From IMG/VR virus record IMGVR_UViG_3300025289_000025, positions 26,297 to 90,296 of that record: DNA of 64,000 nucleotides. One strand, 5' to 3'. The stretch's first letter is position 1, and each line of letters opens with the position of its first letter. Positions 47,525-57,134 of this stretch are shown piece by piece. Origin of the DNA: a virus. The translations under genes were made by a program, and so were the position numbers. Under the pieces are notes generated by a model that was given only the letters and a program-made list of their open reading frames with translations, made no database searches and had not been told where the DNA came from.

Positions 47525-48253
47525 TCAATTAACCGTGAACGACCCGTTGGCCACAGTGACTACCCCCATCTTTTCTAAAACATTCAAGGAGGACTTCACC
47601 ACCGTAGCAGATTCCTTTGCGTTATTCTTTCCGCCCTGATCAATATAATGCTGATTAGCCGACGCTACCAACTCCTCGATAGTCCCCGTTTTTAACGCAG
47701 TAAGAGTGCCCCCCAAAGATGACCAACGATTGAACGCTTTGGGAGTCGGACCCTTCCGAGCAACCTTCTCCTTGGGGGGCTTGGGGGCCTTTGCGGAAGC
47801 CGGGGCCTTTGCCACAGCAGGAGCAGCTGCTACTGGGGTAGGTGCTGTCGTAGCCGGTGCCGGGGGAGCCGGGGCTGGGGTACTCGCTACAGGGGCAGGA
47901 GCAGCAGGAGCCGGGGCAGGAGCCGCAGGAGGACGTCCAACACGACGGGCTGCAATTGGAGGAGGCGGGGGGGGCGGCTCAGGAGCAGGAGGCGGCTCCA
48001 GTTCTGTCTCTGGGGGGGCTTCCTCTCCCTGATCCAGACCCAAAGTAGTCAGAATCTCATTGTACAGGTTGATAATATTTGCATTGAAGGTTCCAGGGGC
48101 ATCCACCTCGGCCTTTTCCACTGCGTCAAGAAACGCAGGGATCAAAAGTTCCTTGGAAACCTTGTCTGCATTCTTGACCCCAACTTCTGTAGCACATGCG
48201 ATTAACTTACTGTGAACAATTTTCTTCACGAGCTTCGGGTCAAAATTCGGCAT
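47525..48253 (-). CDS. Pro/Ala-rich protein with basic C-terminal winged-helix-like domain (possible nucleoid/DNA-binding protein)
   Basis: Long PAPA linker, Lys-rich; codon usage differs from neighbours; ggag RBS before ATG 48253. Confidence 0.5.
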   Translation of the reverse strand: MPNFDPKLVKKIVHSKLIACATEVGVKNADKVSKELLIPAFLDAVEKAEVDAPGTFNANIINLYNEILTTLGLDQGEEAPPETELEPPPAPEPPPPPPPIAARRVGRPPAAPAPAPAAPAPVASTPAPAPPAPATTAPTPVAAAPAVAKAPASAKAPKPPKEKVARKGPTPKAFNRWSSLGGTLTALKTGTIEELVASANQHYIDQGGKNNAKESATVVKSSLNVLEKMGVVTVANGSFTVN

Positions 48254-48361
48254 GACTTTGCCCTCCAATAGAGTTTTTGTACTACTGCATACTACAGCCA
48301 ACAAATAGGGATAACTTAAAGTTGCTGCTAGTAAAATATTCACCCCTCCTTTCTGACATAG

Positions 48362-48999
48362 TCACCCCTTTGCTACAAGTAATTGTTTTTGTTTTCTTTT
48401 ATCCAACACCATCTTTTTATAATTGGGATCTGCCCATCTTTCTCTTATCTTATCTACACTCATTTTTTTATACTCAGGATCTAACCATTTTTCTCTCATT
48501 TTTCTTTTAGTTTCTTCAGGCAGAGGTTTTCCTTTCCTTGCTAAACTATTATTCCTATTATTTTCTTCGGTGCGTCGTTTTCCTAAGTTGGATAATCTTA
48601 TTCTTTCTTTAGTTTCTTCACTATGGTGTTTACCCCACCTATTATTATTTTCTCCTCTTCTGGTTAAACTCAACCTTTGTTTTGATTCATCAAACCAATA
48701 CGAAGATGCAACTATTCTGCAAAGATTATATCCATTTTCTGGAAGATATGATTTATAGTAATCTATCCAAATTTGTTCTCTTTTTTCAATTTGTATTTGT
48801 CTTTAACAATTTCTATTATCATAAAAACAAATGCTTCTTCCCCAAATTCATTATAGGCTTCTTGAAGGCGAAGACAAGGGTTGATCCCCTTACGAAGTAA
48901 TCGCAAATGGGTGTTCCATCTACCAAACAAATCTTTAGTAGACCCCACATATATTTTTCTATTTTCCCTGTTTGTGATTCTATACACCCCAGATGCCAT
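48362..48999 (-). pseudogene. Frameshifted GIY-YIG/NUMOD3 endonuclease
   Basis: Reads TTG AAA AAA GAG at ~48781, where the intact paralog at ~59170 has TTG AAA GAA AGA. A -1 shift restores REQIWIDYYKSY and joins ORF 48362-48673. Confidence 0.85.
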
Positions 49000-49076
49000 G
49001 CATAACCACCACCTTCCCCGGCCTTTTTCCCCTGTAGTTATTACTACAGGATTCCCCACGAAATCATATTAAATTA

Positions 49077-49907
49077 CTATTGATCGTTTTCTTCTTCGTT
49101 CAGAAGACAGAATATTGAAAATCCCCCTTCCTTATCATTTATTATTTTATTCTTATCCGACTCTTTCTGATTTAGCCACCATTTCATCATTTCTTCTCCA
49201 GTTTCCCATTTAGAAAAACCAGAGGTTACTTTCAATCCGTCTATATTTCTTTTATCTATACATCTTTGAAAAGCCCTAATATACGCTTCTCTATATTTTG
49301 GCCATCTTTCCCCATCTCTTATCATTTGCTTAGTAGTCTGTAATGGGCACATAATGCAACCTAATCTTTTAAATCCTTCATCATATAATTTACAATACGA
49401 TAAATTGTTGAATTTTATATAACTCCAAACGTTGCCAATAGACCAATCAATAATAGGATGTAGATATCTTTTACTATGATCTCGTCTACAAATTTCTACC
49501 ATTCCTCTTTTGGATCTTTTATTTGATTCTTGTGCCCTAATTCCAGTCATCACTAATCTGTCGGACCCCCCCCCTCTCTCCTTCAGATATCCACAACAAT
49601 ATCGTACTACTCTGGTAGGAGGCATTCTTTTCTTTACTATTAAGCCCCACATACTTATTTCGGGGTACGATATATGAACTTCAGGGTGTTGATCACGAAT
49701 AAACTTAACCAATTCAGGGGGATCCACCGTAGTTAAATTATAATGGGCATCAAATTTAACTTTTGCTCTTTTAACTAAATCCAATATCACCACAGAATCT
49801 TTTCCACCAGAAAATGCGATGTAGTACCCATCAGGAGGTTCAAAATTCTGAATTCTTGCTATCGAGATATCAGATAATTTACCCCAAATATTTTCTGGTT
49901 CGTTCAT
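49077..49907 (-). CDS. PAPS reductase family protein
   Basis: AFSGGKDS, RYCC..LKE, GIRAQES..R, PIIDWS, LYD.GFKRLGCIMCP. Confidence 0.9.
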   Translation of the reverse strand: MNEPENIWGKLSDISIARIQNFEPPDGYYIAFSGGKDSVVILDLVKRAKVKFDAHYNLTTVDPPELVKFIRDQHPEVHISYPEISMWGLIVKKRMPPTRVVRYCCGYLKERGGGSDRLVMTGIRAQESNKRSKRGMVEICRRDHSKRYLHPIIDWSIGNVWSYIKFNNLSYCKLYDEGFKRLGCIMCPLQTTKQMIRDGERWPKYREAYIRAFQRCIDKRNIDGLKVTSGFSKWETGEEMMKWWLNQKESDKNKIINDKEGGFSIFCLLNEEENDQ

Positions 49908-49913
49908 TATAAT

Positions 49914-51311
49914 TTATCCTCTATCTTTTTGATATGGATGTATTCCCTTACTAGAAAAACTTTCTGGTTCAATTCTTCCTTTTTTATGTAGGTATTGGGG
50001 CAGAACAATACTAAACGAATGATCAGAACAAACACGGCCTATTTGCATTTTATCCATTTTCCAATGATCTATTAAGGCGTTTATGAAAATTTCCACCCAT
50101 TCACGAGGCCCCGTTAACAAATTTAATCTAGGATTCAATTGTCTTGGAATATCAAATAAACGATTGGCTCCTCTAATAAATTGATTTTCTTCTAGTCGAG
50201 TAAGTTTCTTAGGAATTCCCAATAAAACTTTATCAATATAGATTTCTTTTAACCAAATTGTGGTTTGGGGGTTCTTTTCTTTTTCACTCTTTACAACGGA
50301 GGTGACTGGTTTGGGTTCATTTTCCAAACAATACAAAAATTGACTCTTAATCAATGAAGCAAAACGATTATAAAAAAAAGTAGCTAATCCCAAGTTTTTA
50401 AAAAATGATTTATTTATGGGTTGATAATCCAAATTAGTAGCCATTAATTTATATTTATCTATCCCTGAAATTATTTCTTCTTTTGAATACTTCTTATTAT
50501 CAGTTAAACCCTCTCCTATAAAAAATTCCCCGTCCAATACTTTTTCTATAGTAGAAACTATATTTAAAAATGTTTTTGTGGGAAAACCATATCCTTGTCC
50601 ATTGATTGGAGGAATGTGATGATGGGGTAATCCGGGGGAACTATTCCAATAATTAATAATATCTAACGTTTCTTTTCTATATTGTTGACGGGGGGGTTTT
50701 TCAAAAACAATCGGAGAATTTATTTTTCTTTTGATTAAAGAGAGGGTTGAATTTAGACTTAAACCATTCATACCGGTTTCACCCGCTTCTGGTGAAACCG
50801 AGGAGTCTTTATGAGAGAAAGAACGAAGTTCTTTCGAACTTAAAGACTCTGGTTCTTTAGATTTTAGATTTAGATCTTTTAGTTCTTTACTAGGACCGGA
50901 AAACCTTTCCGCTCCAGACCGGAAATCATTTTCCGGTCCATAGGTTAATTTTTTACACTCGGTATAAGATATATTCATTTTGATTTGATCCTCGAAGAAA
51001 GGGTGCCAAGGAAATACATAATTATTATGAAAATGTTTTACTCTCTCTATCCCCGTAGGAGCTATTAATATAATGAAACCCCCACTCTCTAGTTCTTTAA
51101 GAATATTTCTAATTTGTCGTTCTGATATTCCTAATTCTCTTGATAAAGTATTTTGTGACGGGTAACAAAATCCTTTTTCCCCCGCATATCTAGCTAGTTG
51201 GCCGTAGCAAAGTTTAGCGGAGGAAGATAAATCAGGATTTCTGGAAATGGCATAGGGGATTTTAACTCCATCAAAAGTTATATTAGGATTGAAAAGTTCC
51301 CCAATTTTCAT
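49914..51311 (-). CDS. Replication initiator-like protein (N-terminal HTH_36)
   Basis: LSSSAKLCYG.L......CYPSQ.TL..ELGISERQI; internal inverted repeats; adjacent to the DnaB gene cluster. Confidence 0.7.
   Translation of the reverse strand: MKIGELFNPNITFDGVKIPYAISRNPDLSSSAKLCYGQLARYAGEKGFCYPSQNTLSRELGISERQIRNILKELESGGFIILIAPTGIERVKHFHNNYVFPWHPFFEDQIKMNISYTECKKLTYGPENDFRSGAERFSGPSKELKDLNLKSKEPESLSSKELRSFSHKDSSVSPEAGETGMNGLSLNSTLSLIKRKINSPIVFEKPPRQQYRKETLDIINYWNSSPGLPHHHIPPINGQGYGFPTKTFLNIVSTIEKVLDGEFFIGEGLTDNKKYSKEEIISGIDKYKLMATNLDYQPINKSFFKNLGLATFFYNRFASLIKSQFLYCLENEPKPVTSVVKSEKEKNPQTTIWLKEIYIDKVLLGIPKKLTRLEENQFIRGANRLFDIPRQLNPRLNLLTGPREWVEIFINALIDHWKMDKMQIGRVCSDHSFSIVLPQYLHKKGRIEPESFSSKGIHPYQKDRG
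50772..50940. repeat. Cluster of inverted repeats, candidate replication origin
   Basis: cggtttcacc..ggtgaaaccg; ggaccggaaaa..gaccggaaa..ttttccggtcc; tandem tttaga runs. Confidence 0.5.
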
Positions 51312-51386
51312 TTATTTTCCCCCTAGTAGAGATCGTTTATATTTTTATTATATATTTTTATTTGTTTATAGATTAAATTTTTTAAT

Positions 51387-51755
51387 CTACGGTTCTTTTG
51401 TTTTTAATAAGAATTTTTCTAAATAATCAAAATTTATTGAATATTTATTTTTTGGGGGAAACCCTATTCTTTTTACAGATAAAATTCCCACGTTTATTAG
51501 TTTTCTGGTTGCTATTTTTTGTTTATATGGGCTTAACCCAGTTCTTTTTTTTATAAATTTTCTGCCTACGAAAAAAGATTCCCCCAGTAAAATGCGTTGA
51601 TCGTTTTCTAAAAGAAATTGATAACTTATTAGCTCTGAAAGAAAAAAGGAGGTGTCCCAACCTAAATTTTTTCCTACGGAAATATTTAAACCTATGTTAT
51701 TTTTATTATTTTTATCTACTACGTAATTTTGGATAATACTTTTAAAGTTACTCAT
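51387..51755 (-). CDS. Winged-helix protein (replication-protein N-terminal-like)
   Basis: TGLS...Q..A..KL...GIL...R.G.P.K..Y.IN. Confidence 0.6.
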   Translation of the reverse strand: MSNFKSIIQNYVVDKNNKNNIGLNISVGKNLGWDTSFFLSELISYQFLLENDQRILLGESFFVGRKFIKKRTGLSPYKQKIATRKLINVGILSVKRIGFPPKNKYSINFDYLEKFLLKTKEP

Positions 51756-53319
51756 CTTTCTTTTTCTCCCCACTTTTATTTCCATCATAAAATATAATTT
51801 CTGTATCCAAAACGGGCATTCCTGTTTCCAGTTGTTGTAAAGCCATTACTTGTCGTCTTTTATTGAAATGTTTCCATCTATGTTCGATAACCCCCATTCT
51901 CCATACTCCCCTCTCTTTTTCGTCGGGTGTTTGATCTAATGTCATCATAATATCAACGTGTGCAAGGATATAAGCATTTACTCCGATATCCCCCTCATCT
52001 TGCATATCTTTTTTAAGCGCCGATCTGCCTACCCCCAATGATTGCGCCCCGGTTACTACTAAGGCTGATCTAGTTTGGGCTAATCTTTTATGGGCTTTAA
52101 ATACGTCATCCACTTCGTGTCTAGGATCATTATATTTTTGTTCTGGTCGTATAATGGAGGCATAGTCTGTAATAATGACGTCAGGAATAAAACCCTCTAC
52201 CATTTCTAATTCATCCAGGCTTTCTTCTACGTCAGCCATGGTAGCTGAATAAGCGGGGAAACTAATGATTCTTAATAAGTTTTTTCCAAACATCTTCTGA
52301 AACTTTTTAATCTCTTTACGGGTATTAGGCAACGTTAATTTAGGCCGATCTGCCGTGAAGAACCACGTTGTAGCCAAGAAATTGCCCCCTCCGGGTATCG
52401 ACCTACAGGCCGTACAGGGTTTATATTGTCCGGGGGCTTTAGGGTCGAATTTAGGGGGCCGATTTTCTCTATTCATCCTTTGGACGTTATTGCAAGAGTT
52501 ATCTTGATTATTTAAACAATCGAAGCAAGGGAAAATATATTCTTGATTTTCTTCTCCTTCCCCCATAACACCAAGTTGTTTATATATTCTGACGGCTTGG
52601 TGTTTATCTTTCATTTCGAAGGACATGTAAACTACTCTTTTTCTAGATAACATAGCATCGAATGCAAAATCTTGTAACGAAAAACTTTTTCCACGTTTCA
52701 TTGGCCCCATTACAGCTACCAACCATCCTCTATATAAATCACCTAATAAATCTCCTAACTTGCCTTTCATTCTAAATAACGGAATGTCTTTTTCTTCGAA
52801 AACTGAATTTAAAAAAGTAGAGTCATCTAATGGTTTGGACCAATTATACGAAATAGCATCAACTATCTTTTTATGGTTTTCGTAGAATTTTTCTGCTTCT
52901 TCGTTCTTTCCAATATCTAACAGAGAATTAATCCCCTCAGCAACCCTCCGTAAATGACGGGTTTTTAAATATTCCCTCCCTTTATCAATAATAAAATCTT
53001 CATTGATTCCGTCAGGGCCTCCTTCTGATAAATATTCTTCTGATAGTTTAGTCAGGAATAATCCAACCTCTTCATCTAATCCCTGTTTGAGTTTCCCTTT
53101 TTCTGTTTCATATAAATCTTTGATATGCTTCTTTGGAGCTACTTTATATTTATCATAATATTCAATAACCCATCTAATTATGTTTTTGCTGACTTCCAAC
53201 TCGAAAATATTTGGGTCGGAAAATGGTAGAAGGTGTGCAGCAATCTTATCGGATATGATTATACCCGTAAGTATCCTTTTTTCGACCCCCCTGTCGGAAT
53301 GGTGAATCCGTCTGAGCAT
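51748..53319 (-). CDS. dnaB: DnaB-like replicative helicase with Cys-rich insertion
   Basis: GPMKRGKS, SFEM, IITDYA, TGAQ; insert CFDC..C...CTAC. Confidence 0.8.
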   Translation of the reverse strand: MLRRIHHSDRGVEKRILTGIIISDKIAAHLLPFSDPNIFELEVSKNIIRWVIEYYDKYKVAPKKHIKDLYETEKGKLKQGLDEEVGLFLTKLSEEYLSEGGPDGINEDFIIDKGREYLKTRHLRRVAEGINSLLDIGKNEEAEKFYENHKKIVDAISYNWSKPLDDSTFLNSVFEEKDIPLFRMKGKLGDLLGDLYRGWLVAVMGPMKRGKSFSLQDFAFDAMLSRKRVVYMSFEMKDKHQAVRIYKQLGVMGEGEENQEYIFPCFDCLNNQDNSCNNVQRMNRENRPPKFDPKAPGQYKPCTACRSIPGGGNFLATTWFFTADRPKLTLPNTRKEIKKFQKMFGKNLLRIISFPAYSATMADVEESLDELEMVEGFIPDVIITDYASIIRPEQKYNDPRHEVDDVFKAHKRLAQTRSALVVTGAQSLGVGRSALKKDMQDEGDIGVNAYILAHVDIMMTLDQTPDEKERGVWRMGVIEHRWKHFNKRRQVMALQQLETGMPVLDTEIIFYDGNKSGEKKKDE

Positions 53320-53325
53320 GTAAAA

Positions 53326-53580
53326 CTACTTTTTTTGGACTACATTTATATTGATGGAAAACTCTTCGTGATTTGGAATGCGAAGGAATCCTCCCGTGCT
53401 GGCGACCGTGATACTTTTTCCAGATTTGGATTCCCCAAATTCTTTATTTAAGTCTATTTCTAGGACCAAAATCCCTTCGTCTTGAACAGCCATTATTATA
53501 TTTTTTACTTTATTTTTCCCCTCCAACTCTGCAATTCTAGCTTCTAAATCTTGAATAGTTTTATCAGTTTTTTTGTCCAT
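53326..53580 (-). CDS. Conserved hypothetical protein
   Basis: IDL..EFG.SKSGKS..VASTGG motif. Confidence 0.65.
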   Translation of the reverse strand: MDKKTDKTIQDLEARIAELEGKNKVKNIIMAVQDEGILVLEIDLNKEFGESKSGKSITVASTGGFLRIPNHEEFSININVVQKK

Positions 53581-54274
53581 TTCTATTCCCCCCCGTTTTA
53601 TATGGTTGAATTACACTAGGATCTTTAGTAATATTCCAATGATTTCCCTCATTCCACAGACTTAACTGCGGGAAAAATACTATATTCTCTATTCTCTTCC
53701 AAGTAAACCATAAAATAACTTGTAATTGATTAGGCAATAATTTATGTTTTTTAGCTACTTTGAAAAATGCTTCGGCCATTTCATTGTATCTTTTCAGGGA
53801 AGACACTAATTTCAATTCCGCTACTTCTTTCATTCGATATCGTCTACCAGAATAAATAGAACACATGTGTCCGTCAAGTGTTATATATTTAGGATTTTTG
53901 GGGTATAGAATATTCAAGTAAAAATTTCTAGTTTTCACTCCGTCCGTTTCTGCTAAGAAATCTTTATTTCCCACTAAAAAATCATACGCTCTATTTCTGC
54001 ATTGATTGTAGGTAGATACAGTGATTTCTTTTGGGGATATTTTTTTATTGGCCCCAATCATAATACTGACTAGAGATCGTAAATTTCCTTGGTAATCATT
54101 ATTTGGGGATAGAGCAACGAAAGTGGCGACTGTTTGACAGAATCCAAATTCATAGTAATCGGCTATGCTTTTTAGCATTTTGTTATATCTTGCGTAGGCA
54201 ACTTTTCCTTCTTCAATATCGATGGAATCTGCTAGAGCAAATACTTTTTCTATGTTGGTTATTTTGGTTTTCAT
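53564..54274 (-). CDS. HhH DNA-glycosylase-fold-like phage protein
   Basis: ALSPNN, KT.NFY.NI, ITLDGHM, P.QLQ..LW; C-terminal PQLSLW. Confidence 0.6.
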   Translation of the reverse strand: MKTKITNIEKVFALADSIDIEEGKVAYARYNKMLKSIADYYEFGFCQTVATFVALSPNNDYQGNLRSLVSIMIGANKKISPKEITVSTYNQCRNRAYDFLVGNKDFLAETDGVKTRNFYLNILYPKNPKYITLDGHMCSIYSGRRYRMKEVAELKLVSSLKRYNEMAEAFFKVAKKHKLLPNQLQVILWFTWKRIENIVFFPQLSLWNEGNHWNITKDPSVIQPYKTGGNRNGQKN

Positions 54275-55200
54275 CGTAACGATCCCATCAACTCTTTCCC
54301 CTGCTCCACCGTTAATTCTCCGGGATCTTTCACATTATTTAGCATAACTATCTCGCAGGGGCACCACCATATCATCCTTGCCAAGCGGTTAGCGGATTTC
54401 TGAGCTTCTATTTCACTATCGTACAGTATGGTTACATTCTGGGGATTTAGTTCCCTCAGTAGAGTAACTTGTCGGTCAGTCCACGCCGTTCCGTAAGTGG
54501 CTACGGAGCCGGCACCACACTTCAATTGATCAATAGGCCCCTCTACAACCAGAAGGTTACTCCCTGGGGGGGCTTCGTCAAATCCATACAGTGTGTTTTT
54601 TGCTGGTAAAATGCTCTTTTCCTCCTCAAGATTTCTATATTTTATTTCTGACCTCCCCGTTACATCTCGACCCACCCAAGTCACTAATCGTCCTCGAAGT
54701 GTTATTGGGAGAATTAAACGAAATTTAAAATGACCTACGTGCCCACCATAATAAAATTCTCTACTTCTTATGAACACTTCTGGATCAAATCCTCTTTTGA
54801 CCAAGAATTTTATTACTATATCAGGAACAATCGGCCAAGATAATTTTATAAAATTTTTAGGTATTTTTAAATGAGATATCTTAGAATTAGATTCTTCTGG
54901 AAGATTGAATAATCCCATCCGGTTAAAGTCTTGATACTTCTCAATCACTTCTAAAGTTTCAGAAAAAGTGACGTGGTTCTCTATTGCTTTTACCAGTTTA
55001 GCGATACTCCCTTTTTTCCCGCACTTCCAACAGGAGACAAAATTTGAGTTGATATTCACTCCCAAGTGTTCCCCCGAATCCGAACACCACAGACACGAAA
55101 TACCAATCCATCCTCGATCCATTCTCTCAGAATTGAAAGATATTCCTTTATCGTTCAGATAGGATACTACATCAAACAGGGCTATGGTTAAATCATTCAT
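54271..55200 (-). CDS. DNA primase (zinc finger + Toprim)
   Basis: CLWC..H, CWKCG, GRDV, VVEGPID, YDSE, KDPGE. Confidence 0.9.
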   Translation of the reverse strand: MNDLTIALFDVVSYLNDKGISFNSERMDRGWIGISCLWCSDSGEHLGVNINSNFVSCWKCGKKGSIAKLVKAIENHVTFSETLEVIEKYQDFNRMGLFNLPEESNSKISHLKIPKNFIKLSWPIVPDIVIKFLVKRGFDPEVFIRSREFYYGGHVGHFKFRLILPITLRGRLVTWVGRDVTGRSEIKYRNLEEEKSILPAKNTLYGFDEAPPGSNLLVVEGPIDQLKCGAGSVATYGTAWTDRQVTLLRELNPQNVTILYDSEIEAQKSANRLARMIWWCPCEIVMLNNVKDPGELTVEQGKELMGSLR

Positions 55201-55717
55201 TACTGTCTCTTGTTGGAATAAATTGACTAACTTTGAATTTATATCCTCCCCATATAAGGGAGACAATTTTTCCTTTTTCATCTCTTTTTATGTTTATAGC
55301 TATTAGATGATTAGCAGCCATTATTTCTGCTTCTGGCTCATTTACTATGAATTCCCCTATATTATTTATTCCATCTATTTTAGCTAATATTTTTTTCTCA
55401 ATATTAGAAAATTCAGGGTCTAATATTTCAAATGCCACTTTGGCCATGGCATCTGATATTATTTTTGCTCTTTCCCTTTTCATCCAATCCTTAGTAGTAA
55501 TTTCTTTGGCTCCATATTCTACTGCTAATTTTCTCTTAGATGGAGTGAGATCATAATGAGGGTGTTTGCTATTATGAATCCACTCTTTTTTCATTCCTAT
55601 CTTATTTGCAAAGATATGTAGTTCTTCTAAATCTCCGTCAGTGAACATATGGCAATTTGCAGTTTCTTTCCCCCAAACTACCCAATCATATTCTTTTAAT
55701 TCATCGACGTAGATCAT
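55193..55717 (-). CDS. DUF4031 domain protein
   Basis: IYVD, CHMFTD..EELH.FA..IG, HYDL...KR..AV..GA. Confidence 0.8.
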   Translation of the reverse strand: MIYVDELKEYDWVVWGKETANCHMFTDGDLEELHIFANKIGMKKEWIHNSKHPHYDLTPSKRKLAVEYGAKEITTKDWMKRERAKIISDAMAKVAFEILDPEFSNIEKKILAKIDGINNIGEFIVNEPEAEIMAANHLIAINIKRDEKGKIVSLIWGGYKFKVSQFIPTRDSNE

Positions 55718-57031
55718 TGTGTGTTTTTTTTGAAGGGGATCACTTTTCCCTCTTTTGGCATTTCTTTTGCTATTTCTGTAGGAGTTTCGGCAGAAGTTCC
55801 TATGGGGGGAAGTATTAAATCTATAATCATTTTTTTATCCCCCATTTCAAACTGTTCTCCATTTATTTGTGGTGCTCTTAATACCCAAGACATTTTAGAA
55901 CATTGTTCTGGGGAGAAAAAAATTATAGTAAAATCCATATTATACCAATCTGGTATTATGTTCGGGGTAAATTTTTCTATTCTAGCAAAAATAAAGTTTC
56001 CCCCAACACGCGTTATTTTTACTATAGAACCAACCTCAATGTTTCCTACTTTATTTATGTCCACGTTTTGTCCTATGATTTTCACATAGTCTGCAATATC
56101 TATATAGTTGTTCAGCTTCGTTTCTATCTACGCTTGTTTTGTATCTTGGGTCTGCTCTTCGAAATGAAGGGCAATCTGCATTTGTATGAAACTTTACGTC
56201 TTTGATATAGGTCAATGGATGTCTAGCTACGAATACTTTTTCCATTATTTTTCCTTTCTTTTTAACACTCTTTTTCTTATTATGATATTGAATTAAGTTT
56301 TTCTTTGAATTCCTTTAGTACAGATTCAAATTCTTTTTTGCTGGATTTAAATTCTCCGGTGCCTAAAAAGTAATCGGCAGTACCATTCACTTTACGTTTG
56401 CTTATCTCCAATTCGTATAATGTACCGCCAGAAATATAACTATGGGATTTATGAAGTTCTATATGCATAGTTTCAGATTCTCTTTTAATATAGTGAATGG
56501 ATTCATAATCATCCTCGCTACAATCATGTTTTACATAAATGGGGAATTCTACGTCTACTGTAATTTCTTTTTCAATTTTAGTCTTCAATTTAATTTTCAT
56601 TATTTTACCCCTCGAAATATTTAATGAGTGCGTCGGCATCTTGATAATAAGGTTCCTTTTGGTCATCGGTTAATTCGTCCCACCGAAGGGATCTTGTCTT
56701 ATCTGGATGAAGGTAGGACACTGTATGTTTGTAGATAAATTCAGATGCTAACTTACTCCGGTCTAGTTTGTTGCGGAAGGATTTGATATATTCTGGGGCG
56801 CATATTTGGCAATATGGTAATGCATTTTCAGCTTGTTCCGTTATAACGTGGTAGCATCCATATTTCATCTTATCCTCCTCACCACGTTACTACATAATTT
56901 AGAGTAGCCGCAGCAAGCCAATATAGGGCCATTCTCCATTCTGATATCCCTTTGATAGCGTACCCAATAGAAGATCCTAATGCTAGTATTACCATAATGG
57001 TAGGTAATATTTTTTCTATGGGTATATTCAT
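55714..57031 (-). other. Run of small hypothetical ORFs (55714-56085, 56051-56245, 56280-56600, 56605-56868, and a membrane peptide at 56879-57031)
   Basis: Tightly packed, same strand; the last was translated by hand. Confidence 0.5.
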
Positions 57032-57134
57032 TGCCATCGTTTATCTCTATTAAATGGAATTATTATGCTCATCTTTTCCGACATAAATCTTCTTATTTAT
57101 TAAATTTGTAGTTTTATAAATAATATATGTTTTA

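Noticed and set aside
47706-48048. Gly/Ala-rich plus-strand ORFs (also 20560-20880)
   Set aside because: Antisense shadows of Pro/Ala-rich linkers.
49077-49907. Complete Dnd phosphorothioation or 7-deazaguanine system
   Set aside because: Only a PAPS-reductase-family gene is present; no recognisable DndA/D/E, QueC/D/E, FolE or DpdA here.
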